Below, piece by piece: positions 11,977 to 25,875 of a DNA stretch of 55,840 nt (position 1 is the stretch's first letter; the number at the start of each line of letters is the position of its first letter). Position numbers and translations under genes: made by a program. The stretch lies in NCBI RefSeq assembly GCF_001194135.2, contig NC_068995.1, forward strand, positions 15,178,626 to 15,234,465. The letters are read 5' to 3'. The notes under the pieces were generated by a model that had not been told where the DNA came from, ran no database searches, and saw only the letters and a program-made list of their open reading frames with translations. Source of the stretch: Octopus bimaculoides. Lineage: Eukaryota.

Positions 11977-14735
11977 TGATCATATTTTTGTTTTATTTGA
12001 ATTTCAATTTACTTTGGGTATTGTTTTTACAAATAATAACAATAAAGGTGACTTCCTTCTCAATTTACACAGTTTCTATAAGCATGGAGACACATGGAGT
12101 CATTCAACCATGAAAACAAAGTGACAACTGTGCACACATTTTTTTTTAGCAAAATTGTTGTTTCCAGTTAGTTTTTTAACACAGTCTACTACTTTCTGTT
12201 AAGTTTTGTGTTGCTTGAAAGGAAATTGATCTGGTGACCTGCATTCTATTGTCTTGAAAGAATACCTTAAATTCTAGTAACACAATAAGAAGGGATCGTC
12301 CTTGTATTAATATCTTTAATCACAGATCTACTCTGTCAATGTAGACCTGAAGTTAAATAACTGTAGCAGCAGTAGCTGTAGTAGTAGCAGCAGCAGCAGT
12401 AACTGCTTCAACCTACAAAACAGTAATTAACTTTCATTTATTTGTTTCAGTCATTGGACTGTGGCCATGCTGGAGCACTGCCTTGAAGGATTTAGTCGAA
12501 CAAATCAATCTCAGGACTTATTCTTTTATTTCACTTGCTCAAGGTGCCCTACAGTGAGACTGAACCTGGAACCAAGTGGTTGGGAAGCAAGCTTCTCACT
12601 ACACCTGCACCTACTTATTTAACTTGTTCTTTAAAATTCTCTACTTGTTTTATTGGTCTTGTTTGCTGAACTGCTATGTTACAGGAAAGTAAACAAACCA
12701 ACATCAGTTGTCAAGCAGTGTAGTGGGGGTGGGGATAAATACAAATACACACATATTGAGAGGCTTCCACACAGTCTCCATCTACCAAATTCCTTCACAT
12801 GGCGTTGGTCAGTTTGGAGGTACAGTAAAAAACACTTGCCCAAGGTAATATGCTGCAGTGGAATTGAACCTAAAGCAATGTGGTCACAAAACAAGCTTCT
12901 AAATGACACAACCATAAATATAAAAATCAATACATTTTTAGAAATAAAAAGTAAATAAAAGTCAATAATTAGAAGATAATTACGTGTTCTGGTGGACTCT
13001 CTGAATACAGTTGAACATGTTTGAGTCTTTTGAATACATTGTGGGATACTGTGGAAAAATAAAAAGAATAACAAAATATAAATACGGTAACATTGGGTGT
13101 ATATTTGGTATTGCAGACAATACATTGTTTTTTTTTTGTGTGTGTGTGTGTGTGTACGAGGAGGTGCTAAAAAGTTCCTGGCGTTAAGGGTATTGAAAAA
13201 GGCTTGGTTAGAGGCCCAGTCTTCCGCGTTCTTTTACAGAGCTTAGGAAAACTGGAGGACTGCTGCAATAAATGTGTGAATCTGAGAGAACATGTTGATT
13301 AAAATGATAATTAACTGATCCTCCTGTGTGGCTGTATGTGAGTGTGTGCATGTGTGTATGTGTGTAGATATGCATATGTGTGTTTGTGTGTAAGTATAAA
13401 TGAGGTTGACTTTAACAGAGCAAAAACAAACTAGGTGGGATAAAGAGTAAAAAAAAACTTCTTTGGACAAGATGGAATAAAGTAAGGGATCTTAATTGGG
13501 GTCCACATAAAAGCTTTGGGGATCCACAGTAATTTTCCAGGGACCATGAAAAAAATTGTGCTTCAGACCAGTAAAGTTTATGTGCAATAAATTGGTTAAT
13601 CGTCCACATCATCATCCTTATCGTTTAACGTCCGTTTTCCATGCTGGCATGGGTTGGACGGTTTGGCAAGCCAGAAGGCTGCACCAGGCTCCAGTCTGAT
13701 CTGGCAATGTTTCTACAGCTGGATGACCTTCCTAATGCCAACCACTCTGAGAGTGTAGTGGATGCTTTTTATGTGCCACCGGCACAAGGGTCAGTTAGGT
13801 GGGCCTGGAATCAATCACAATACACAAAACATATTAACAATTTTTATATTAATCCTAATAATATTTAATTATAAAAATGCAAGGGTCCATCTAGGAGGGT
13901 CCATCTGAGTGAAACAGGAATCAAAGGGATCCATAGATAAAAATTGGTTGAGAAACCCTGGAATAAAGCAAAGATTGGTGACACCCAACTCCCCAAGACG
14001 CACACACATACACACAGCTGCCCTTCCACCCACCAACAAGCAGTAGTATGATATGAACAAAAATAAGAAAATAAAATACAATGTTTAAATACAAAGAATA
14101 AACATAATAAAGAAACATTAAAAAAAAAAAACGAAGCCAAAATGGTGAACATTTGGCAAAAGAAACATCCAAACCAAAACTGTTTTCCCACTGCCAACCA
14201 GAAATCCAGAAATATATTTTAATGGTAAACTAATCATAGGTGTTATTTTAAGATTGACTCTCTAACAGATAGAGTTACACTGTGATAGAAAAATATTTAC
14301 ATTTTCTCCACCATGTTTTGTTTTGCATTTTTTTTCCGAAATACTTTTTTTTTTTTTAAATAGTAGTATAGCTAGTGATGATAATAATGATGATGATGGT
14401 GGTGGTGTTGGTGTTGGTAGAGATGATGAATTTAATGATTATGTACATGATAGTGATGATGATGATGATGATGATGATAATGATGGTGGTGGTAGAGGAG
14501 GAGATGATCAATTTAATGATAATGATGGGGGTGGTGGTGATGGTGATGGTTGAGATGATGATGAATTTAATGACAACATATATATGGTAGTGTTGGTGGT
14601 GGTGACAGTGATGTATAAGGTGGCAATGAAAAGGATGATGGTAACGTATGTGGTAGTGGTGGTGGTGATGTATGTGATGATGGTGATGATGGTTCATATG
14701 ATGGTGAAAATATGAGATGATGGTGATGCTGGTGC

Positions 14736-14766
<31 letters not shown>

Positions 14767-15595
14767 AATGTGTGATGTATGTGGTGTTGGTGGTGATGCA
14801 TTTGCTCTTGTTTAACCCCACCCCAGTTCAATTCTGATCAATCAAATCTATAATTGAAAAGCATTCCAACTGTGACCATCCCATCTTTTATTTTATTTTA
14901 TTTTTTTCCAGAAACAGGACTACATATATCTTGGACTACATCATTACATTATCCCATCATCCAAAGTGTCCTCCTTTTTGACTGTGGTTTAAAGTAAATA
15001 TGGCTACTACTCCAATCCGGTTGAGCAACCAGGTAAAGAGACTCCTACATTGGAATGTGATGTTGATGGTAAGGATGAAGATGTGGGTGTTGACAGATTT
15101 GGTGGGGGTGGTGGTGATGGCAGTGGTGGTGAGGGTAATAATATGATGGTAAGGGTTTTGACATTCCAACTCCCTATCGCCAAAAGGCATCAGTAATTTG
15201 GTAATTCCTAGTTCCTAGTTAACTGTTGACAACTGGGGGGAAGGGCACATATGGAAAGGAATCTCAAGGCCTCTTTTACACTACTCACTCTTCTGATAGT
15301 AATTATAGGAGCACTGGAGCCTGAAATGAAAGAAACTGTTGAAGTGTATATAGTAAGCTGCTTTAGGGGCTGGCAAAAATGTGAGAACATAGAAGTTTAA
15401 ATATGGAAGGATTGAAAAGGGAAACAGCGTATTTAGGGACTCCTAGAGAAATTTCAATATAGCATGAACACAAATCTTTGTAAATAATTTGTAACATATG
15501 GTTGGAAATTGTATATGTGTTAATAAGTATGTGTGTGTCTCTGCAAATGGGAGTGTGTCTGTAAAGGAGAGAGAAAGAGAGAGGAGGATATGAAT

Positions 15596-15643
<48 letters not shown>

Positions 15644-16610
15644 ATGTACATATGTATGTATATATCTATGAACAGGGTGGACCAAAAATTACACACAATA
15701 AGTTCAATAGGATCTGGAATTGTCAAAGACATGCTTCAATTTTCTAAACTTGAATAAAATAATGATGAATACACACTTACTTGTACATGATGAACAAAAT
15801 GAATAATAATAATGATGATGATGATGATGATGATGGTGATGGCAATAGACGACTAAAAGTTATTTAAAATCAGAAACGGAGGCTCTAATCTGTGCTGCCA
15901 AAGAGCAAGCACTAAGAATGAATTATATCAAATACAGACTAGATAACACATCAGAAAGTGATAAGTGCAGAATTTGTGAACAAAATGGTGAAACTGTATG
16001 GCATATTACCATTCAATGTACACCACTAGCCCAGAAAGAATATAAGAGATGTCATGACAATATAGCAAAGATTGTCCATTGGACACTTTGCAACAAGTAT
16101 GGACTTGACAGAGCAAAAAAGTGGTACGAACATAAACCCGAAGGCATCATCGAAAATGATAATGCAAAGATCCTATGGGATTTTATGATTCAGTGCCACC
16201 ATGAGATAGAGAATAGGAAGCCAGACATAGTGTTAATTGCGAAAGAAAGCAAATGACGCTGGATCATAGATATAGCATGCCCAGCTGACAACAATTTATG
16301 CGATAAGGAAGAAAGAAAAATCGACAAATATGACAAGTTAGCTTGGGAGGCAGTTGTGGTCGATGAAAAAGGTAGCAGTAGTACGAATAATTGTCGGAGC
16401 CCTGGGAACAATGAGTAAAAATCTTGAGAAGTACATGGAGCAAATAGGGGCTGCAATAAGGGTGGAGCACTTGCAGAAAACAGCACTGCTTGGAATCGAT
16501 CGAATACTCCAGATGATGCTAAAAATATAAGGGTTGTTACTTAGTTCACTGGTAGTAAACAGCTGGCACCATAGTACATCAGCAGCAAGAGAAGCTGTGC
16601 AAAGACAATA

Positions 16611-16642
<32 letters not shown>

Positions 16643-18324
16643 TGATGATGATGATGATCCTTTCTACTATAAGCACAAGGCCTGAAATTTGGGGGAAGGG
16701 GCCTAGTCAATAAAATCAACCCCAGTGTTTCAGTGGTACTTAATTTATTGACCCTGAAAGGACGAAAGGTAAAGTTGACCTCAGCGGAATTTGAACTCAG
16801 AATGCAGTGACAGACAAAATGCCGCTTAGCATTTTACCCAGCACGCTAATGACCACCACCTTGCCACCTTAAAAATTAATAATAATAATAATAATCGTTC
16901 CTACTGCCACCCATAAACTTTAACCCACTAAAATCCTTTTTCCTGAATGTAGATCTTTCCTAAGTCATATAAACTCATAGGTTATATTTCCCAGTTTCTG
17001 TGGAGCAGTTATCCCCCCATCCCCACCTATCCCTTGATGGGATACCAGTCTATTTAAGGATTGTTCATTTTTGCCAGTTGAGTGAACTGGAACAGTGTGA
17101 AATGAAATGTTATACTCCAGAATGCAAAACACAATGCATCGCCCAGTCCAGTAATGAATTTGGGATATGCCTGGCTGCTCACTTGAGTGACTTCTCTGCT
17201 TATCCAACTGTAACCCAACACACGAACAATAACATTTCTGTATGAAACTGAGGTGTGGGTTTGAAATCTGACTTGAGATTAGATAACAATAAAGCACTAT
17301 ATCAAATATATATTTGTCATTGTGACAAATATATATTTTGCTGTGTCATGTAAAACCAAAATCTCTTGTATGTATGGTGTGAAGTTTATTTATCCATTCA
17401 AGCGACTTTTCACAATATAATTCTATGAAGTTGTGACATCAGGATGAAGTATGTCATCAAACATGTACATAATATTTGTAGAAACACAGGGACATTTTTC
17501 TAACAAATAACAAAAATACATATAATAGAGAGATAAAGGAAGTTAGTTTCTTTGTTCGGTTAACATTCAGTCAGTATTCCTCTCACTAAAGTAATCCAAT
17601 CTTTATTTTAGTACAGTGTACTACAATTTAAGATGAACTACTTAAATGAACTACCCTAATTTTTACAAACAGTAAAGAATTTATGGTAAGGGGATCTTTA
17701 GTTGCTTCTTAGCAATTGTCTTACTGGCTTGTGAGCACTGAATTGTAAACAGTAACATGCAGTTTTGAGGTAAGCCCAAAGGTTATTTTATCGCTAAGCT
17801 AACTCAGCCAAAGATAAGCCTAATCTATCTACTTCTATCCAAAATCGGACTTTCAGTCCCAGTGGAATGATGAGTTACTTACCAACTCACTAACACGCTA
17901 CAGTATTGGTATTGACTTACAGCGGTTTATTTTCCTCTGAAGATAATTATCATCTTCCCCCAAATCCTGCTGCCATAACCGCCTCTTTTCTTATCCTCTC
18001 CACCTTTACAATGTCTTTCTTAGCAGACCAAGTCGTAAACATTTCCCCAATCTTTCCTTCCCAAGACTATATCTCTTCGAAATTCCTACCTACCTTCTTT
18101 TTTTTTTTCCTATCCCCAAACATCAACCTACTCTAAGATTGAACACGAGTTCTGTCAATCGTACCAACCTAGCAGGAGGGAAGACAAGATCTACGAGCAT
18201 TGCTTCTCTTTCCTCCAATTAGGTAATTAAAAAAAAAAAGTGGATTGATCATGAAAAAAATAAACGAAGGCTATTAATAATATTTAAACGAAAAACCAAA
18301 ATGTACGAATTAAGTCTATCGGAA

Positions 18325-18355
<31 letters not shown>

Positions 18356-21300
18356 AAAAGAAAGAAAGAAATGTGTAAAATGATATCAAACGAGATGAGA
18401 CAAAGCACAAAAAGAAAGATAAGGCTGTTATCTTTAAATGAAAAACTGATAACTTGATAAAATACAGAAGAAAAAAGTCTCAGTGACATTCAAGCAGTAA
18501 GTTATGTTCTGATAAATATTAAAATTCAGTAGAAATTACAAGAAAACTTTCTTGACTGAGTGACAAGCAGATTACAGAGTCTCTATGAGGTCGATCGAGG
18601 TTTTAGAAATAGCAGCCAAATTTCCAATATAACACATTTTATCATTTTAAAAAGGTGAATTATTACACTGGCAGATGTACCTAGAGATTTTAGTGTCTAC
18701 ACACACACACAATGAACACCCTCTAAGTAAAGTATAAAAGGCTTCAAAAAAAAAAAAAACAATCACAGTCTGATGACAGGATGCAAGTCAAAACTTCAAA
18801 GTCACTGTCAATCTATTTTCTTGTAGAAAATAGATAATTATGGTACTCAACTAGTATGAACAAACCCCACACTTTTAGATTTTCAATTTCATATCTTCAG
18901 ATTAGGTGGCTGGACTAACAGGCTAGTTAGTTTATCAATCACTATTAGAGACACTGAATTTTATCTTAATACAAGAGAATGATAGAAGCTGAAGTTTTTC
19001 TTTGCACGCATACATTTTGACATGTTAGCATTATTATTATCATTATTATTATTATTATCATTATTATTATTATTATTATTAGAGAAGGCAGCAAGCTAGC
19101 AGAACCATTAGCACACTGGGAAAAATGCTTAGTGGCATTTTGTTTGTCCTTACGTTCTGAGTTCAAATTCCACTGAGGTCGACTTTGCCTTTCATCCTTC
19201 ATGGTTAATAAAATAAGTACCAGTAGAGCACTGTGATCGATGTAATCAACTTAGCCCTTTTCCTGAAATTGCTGGCCTAGAGCTAAAATTTGAAACCATT
19301 ATTTTTATCATTAGATTGCCAACACAGAGCCTTCATCTGTTTCCACAGATTTGGGGTTTTGGCCTTGTATCAGTGATTCTCAATGAAGGGGTAAATTTAC
19401 TACCTGGAAGTAAAAAATTCACATGGCAGGGAGTAAATATATCATACCTGAAAATTAATGTAATAAAACTAACATCCCTGGGCAGCCTGTTTTAGGAAAA
19501 TGATGAATGACATGGTTGTATTAAGGATAGAAGAGGAGGGATAGTCAACATGTTAGTGATGGAATACCTCAAGGAATCAGTGATATAGAAAGAATTCACA
19601 GTGCTCTGAGTGTAAAAATACTTTCAACACCCCTGCCTTAATAAACAGGCACGACAGGCTAAAGGTAATTTAAGGTTCTTCAACTGCCCTACATCATGCT
19701 GTGCCTCTACAAGAGATTACAAGTTTGTAAATAGGTCAAATCTAGAACCATGAAAATTTTGATGCAACTTAAAACCTATTATTATTTTTTTTTTTTGGTT
19801 TCCTTTTGAGTTGCTTATGTTTGTCTGTGATGGTTTATTTTCAGAATGACATTGTAGGGTAGGTGTAAGATGCCAGATCTAGCTGGTTTGAACAAAAAAC
19901 AAGGAAAATATTTGGGCCAGATATGGCTGGTTTAAATATTAATGGGTTAAAGTAGAGAGTGGATCATAGAATTGGTTCTTTTGTGACCTTAACAAAATAC
20001 CCTTTAGTATTAAGAGAGGGGTGCCTATTTTCTGAACATTCATTTTGAGAATTTGACAGAGTATTTTATACGGGGTAACTTTACATTAGTGGAGGCACGT
20101 GACTTAGTGGTTAGGGTGTCAGCACCATGATCGTAAGATTGTGGTTTCGATTCCTGGACCAGGTGACGCGTTGTGTTTTTGAGCAAAACACTTCATTTCA
20201 CGTTGCTCCAGTCCACTCAGCTGGCAAAAATGAGTAACGCTGCGATGGACTGGCGTCCTGTCCAGCTGGGGAACACATACGCCATTGAAACCGGGAAACC
20301 AGGCCCATGAGCTTGACTAGGCTTTAAAAAGGCGCATTTATTTTATTTATTATAACTTTACATTAAGGAGTGGAATGTTCAAGCATGAACCACCATTTGT
20401 TGAAAGCTGTCTATGATGGGTTAAGCTCTGAGTATTTATTTCTTCCCTTGCATACTGAGATTATGTGGCTCTCATGAGAACTTATTTATTTTTAAAAAGC
20501 TTGTTCCTAATGTGACCAGGATTCAAAGCTGTGGGAAAAGCTGATACGGATAATATTTACTCCAAACAATGTCAACAAACAATTATAGGAGAAAAATTAG
20601 TAACCATTGTTGAAGTAAGTGAGATGAAAGCATTGTTAGACAAGCTGGTGTTATAAGCATGAAGAGTTAAAAAACAAAAATTTTCTTTTGCAAATTTTCC
20701 AAACATGTAGGAGGTCATTGGAGAAGAATCTGATGTGTTACTTGAAATAAGTGGAATATCACAGCACATCTGAACATCCTGAAGTATCATTCCACTGGCT
20801 ACTTTCCAGAAGACATGATACCAGACATGTATATTCTGAGTATGCTAGGTAAGCACTGCATACATACACATCACATACTCAAACCAAAGTTGGTAAATTC
20901 ATCAGAAATATTAAGCTTATTCAATTATAGATCATAATGGGATGATAATTTTTCTCTTCCTGTTATGAAAATACTAGAGCCACTGTTCTGAAATAGCACT
21001 GCTAATCCCACAACCAGTTTGAAATTTTAGTCTTATAAAAAAAAACACAACTTAGCTCTATTATTACAATAGTTTGAATATAATACAGCTTAACTATAAG
21101 TGCTGTGTCATACAGAGTTTGACAAAATATTGAGTTAACATGGGGTCTATTACATTTAGAAGTCTCAATCAACAGACAGGTTGAGCTGCTTGCAAAACTA
21201 ATAGCCGCATACTTAATCCAATGCCATTGGCAATATACAGTGTTCATAATAAGTTTCACACCTTGCAATGGCATGAATATCTCCACATCAGCCTGCAACA

Positions 21301-22490
21301 TAAAGGTTTTATACCTCTAGTGGACCAAATATTCTTAAGGACTCCTTCACTACAGTCTTGATCCTGTTTCATTTGTTGTTTCACATTACCATCATGGATG
21401 TTTCTGATACCATAAAAGGCACCACTGCAAAAATTGGTACCATCACACTTTTTGCTGTCGTCCTTAATTGTTTCATGTGACTAAAGTTTTGGACATTCTG
21501 TTCCTTATAATGATATAGGATAGCATTTTGTCCCCAATTCATATCACAAAGTTTTCCAATTTCAATACTGAAATCAGCTTTTCTATAACACATCTGATCT
21601 GCGCAATAGGACTAATACAATGTCGCTAATATAACATTGTAGATATAATAACTTTAATTAATCAAGACTATATAATCTGGTATGATGAGCAGTGTAGCAA
21701 ATGTTAACCTCAGGTTGTCCCAGATGTAACTATCTTATCAGTGCAAAGATCAGATGTCCAGTTTAACATTGAAAACAGTGAGATTAAGCAAACAAGATGA
21801 GAATATCTCCTTAGCTAGGGCACTAGTCTATTTTAGATAATATTTCTACAAAATGTGATTTGAGCTTATTCCCACCTTCAACTGCCAGTTAAAGCATACA
21901 GCCTGAACTTTCCTTTAACTACTCTGGTATCAAAGTGCTCCGACTAAATTTAAGTCCTGTTGAAGTGGAACTGAAGTGTTGCTCTACATCCTGGAGTAGT
22001 GGTTTTAGTGAAGGTGGGGATGGAGTTACAGAAATAGATTATATAAAATAAGTGCCAGTAATAAACAGCAATGGGATTCTGTTGGTTTCACCAATGAGTG
22101 CTCAGTTGTTTGATCAACTGAGCCACCCTGTTCATTGAATTAACAAGTTAGTAAGTGGATGAACATTCTGCAGACTCTTGTATTCTTCATGGAATTCTCA
22201 TACAGAATTAGCATAACACGTGACAAGGCTGGACCTTTAAATTACAGGTACACTCCATTTGGCAGGCTTCTACACAGTTTCCTCACAATCCAATTTCAGC
22301 CACAATGGTTGGATCAACCCAAAGCTTAGGTAAGAGACACATAGCCAAGATAACCACATACTGATATTGAACCTGAAGCTTTGAGATTGTGAAGCAAGCT
22401 TCTTAACCATCCAGCCAACAATGTTGCACTACTTGAATACTAGTAAATACACTGACAACAATTCAACACTCAGCAATAATTTATTCTCAC

Positions 22491-22547
<57 letters not shown>

Positions 22548-25500
22548 ACCTCGTTCCCAACAGAAAGAAAGAAATATTTCAACACTATATGTCCTTGGTT
22601 TGTACATAACATGATGAAATTTTTTCATGAACAATCAAATACAAATATGTTATAAGTGAAGTTGTCAGACACTAAATAATTCTTTGTAATATATGTACAA
22701 CACCTATGGTAGCAATGCAGGGGAAACTGCTTAGAAGCATTTCGTCCGTTTTTACTTCTGAGTTCAAATTCCACCTAGTTCAGTTTTGCCTTTCATCGTT
22801 TTGGGAGTGATAGAATAAATACCAGTTGAACATTGGAATCAATGTAAATGATTTACATCCTCCCCTAAGACTGCTGGCCTTGTGCCAAAATTTGAAACCA
22901 ATATATGAACGAAACTCGAAATCTTTGTAGGAGGGAGCTAATTGACTACAACAACCTCAGTACTTAACTGGTACTTATTTTATTGACCCCCAAGAAGAAG
23001 AAAGGCAAAGTCAACCTAGGTGACATTTGAACTCAGGACATAAAGTACTGGGAGAAATGCTGGGCCTGAAATCTTGGTGGGTGGGTGGGGAGAGGCACTG
23101 GTCAATTAAATTGACTAGGTTGGCTGGAAAGATGAAAGACAAACTCAGCAGCATTTGAACAATGAACATAAAACACTGGAAGAAATACCCCGTTCAACAT
23201 GTACTCGTGTTTGTGGAGCGCTCAGCCACTTACATGTTAATTTCTCGAGCAGGCTCTCCCATCGATTGGATCAACCGGAACACTTTGTTGTCATAATCGA
23301 CACAGAGCCAGGCTATTTCTAAGATAGGCACAAGGCCAGAAATTTGGAGGATGGGATTTAGTTGGTTACATCTACCCTAGTACATGACTGGAACTTTATC
23401 ATAGTCATCATTGTTTAATGTCTGTTTTCCATGCTAGCATGGGCTGGACAGTTTGACAGGAGCTGGCCAGTCCGGGGAGCTGTCCAGACTCCAAATTGTC
23501 TGTTGTGGCACGGTTTCTACAGCTGGATGCCCTTCCTAATGCCACCCATTTCACAAAGTGTGTTGGGTGCTTTCTACATGCTGGTGGCTTGGGTGCACCT
23601 ATGCAGCACTGGCACGAGTGCATTTTACGTGGTACAGGTACCTGTATGGATGACAGCAATTTTAATTGGCTTCACACATCTCAAATACAGCAAAGTGCTA
23701 CAGTTGCAGCTCTTTTGTCATTTCCTCGAAAAGCAAAGATGACCTCATCAAGGATTGAACTCAGAATGTAAAAAACATTCTGATTTAGCCAATTCACTAC
23801 TGTCATCAATAATGCTATATAATATCAGGCAATAAATTATTGCTTCTAATTTAGATACAAGGTCAGCAGTTTTGAGGGGAGGGGTAAGTCAACCATTGAG
23901 CCCAGGACTTGAGTGATTCTCTATTCTACGAACCCCAGAGGGATGAAAGAAAAAGCTTGTCTCAACAGAGAAACTATCTTTCATCTCCCCCAAGGATATC
24001 TTTCTAATAGATATTTATATAATAATTCTGTATAATACCACTTAACGTTCCACTGCACACAAACACACACAATATACATAATATAGTGTATGGGAAAAGT
24101 TTCTGGTGAAGGTGTTGACAAAAGTTGTTGGTTTCACAAGGTATTAAGTGCATATAAATCACGTAGATATTTTTATACTTAGTAAAAGAAACCTGCTTGT
24201 AAAATAGAACAATCTACGTGGCCTCTTTATGGTCTCTCAAGACATTAGATGTAGCAGCTAAATTTCACTCAACTGAAACACATACCGTCATCAAATAATA
24301 ATATTCATAAAACAGTATGTATTAGTTTATGTAGACATAGACACACTACGCCTGAATAAAGATGACCAGATAGCCAAAGTTCCAACCTATTTGTTTATAC
24401 AGGGTGTCCACAAAGTCTGGGTACATGGGGATTAACACATACCTTAAGAAATTATTATTTCTAATATGTAATTGTTTATGTTATAATTTTATTTACTCCA
24501 TGTACCCAGACTTTGTGGACACCCTGTAAATCTACTCAATCAGGACTGATCTACAAGTAAGTAATTAGAACAATTTTTGTTAGTTATTGTTCAAGTACAA
24601 TAGTCAGGAGGTGACGAAAGCGTGGCTAAATGGGCGTGAATTGCTATTGTTAGCGAGCTTTTGTTTTGGTCCTAATAAATCTACGAGGAAAGGTGCCCCA
24701 GATTTTATTCAATGAGCGGATCTAAGACTACTTTAATGTCCAACGAAGTCCCATATTTTTCTTTTTCTGAGATTTTGGATGTTATTTCCAGCAAGTCGAA
24801 CGACCATGTAGAAGCTCTCTCTTCACTTCTCAAGCACAGTCGGTTTTGGCGCCAGGTTACCACCCCTCATCGAACAGACATAAAGTCAAATGCATTCCAT
24901 CCATGGTCACCTCGTCTTTGTAGGGTTATCTAGGATTATAATTTTACGTCCTCTTTTTAAAGACAGGCTTCGAGGGAAATTTGGCTGTTATTTTTTTGTA
25001 GGAGGACACGTTAGATAATTCAGTCCTAAAATAGGTCGACCTGAGCAACTACTACTACTACTACAAGACCTCTAACTGGTCTCTCGAACTGTTTAAAATA
25101 GCTGCTAAATCACCGTGAAATTACACAAATATCTTTTTTAAAATGAAGCATATATTGAATAAGACATTCCAAGATACACAATGACTAAAAAAAAATGGGA
25201 CACTGCTGATTATTAGTTTCATCTGTCAGTTGCTAGCACCACGACAACCTCAACAACAATAACAATTGAGTGAAAATAAACGAAACGACGTAAAAACGAG
25301 TGGGTCTCTACTTAGTTGTTCGACCCGCTAGAAACAGTAACCAAATTCCCTTCAACTCACACCCCATCGTCTTAAATTAGGAAATTAAGGATATATGAGA
25401 TAATTCCTAAATACCCGTTAAAAGAAAACAAAATGTATGTTTATAGCTGGAATGTGATGTTTATAGTTGGGATGTGATGTTTATAGTTGGGATGTGATGT

Positions 25501-25832
25501 TTATAGCTGAGATGTGATGTTTATAGCTGAGATGTGATGTTTATAGCTGAAATGGGCGAAGGTTTTGTTCGGTCAAAACTATTAAATATCAATAACAAAC
25601 GAAATAAAAGAACGATTCTTCGTTATAAACAAATATACACACATGCGTGCACACGCACATATATATTACAGATATATTATTTAGTCCTAAAGCTTTTAGC
25701 ATCAAATGTAAACAAGAGAGGAAGAAGGGAATAAAAGAGAGATACCGAACATATCTGATTAAGAAATGTTTTCCATTCATAACTGTCAACAATTCAACGC
25801 TACTGAATAAATATGGTATACACATTTGTATG

Positions 25833-25875
<43 letters not shown>

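Noticed and set aside
14323-14821. Poly-Asp/Gly, poly-His and poly-Met ORFs
   Set aside because: These are readings of a (GAT)/(GGT) tract in MGST3 intron 1.
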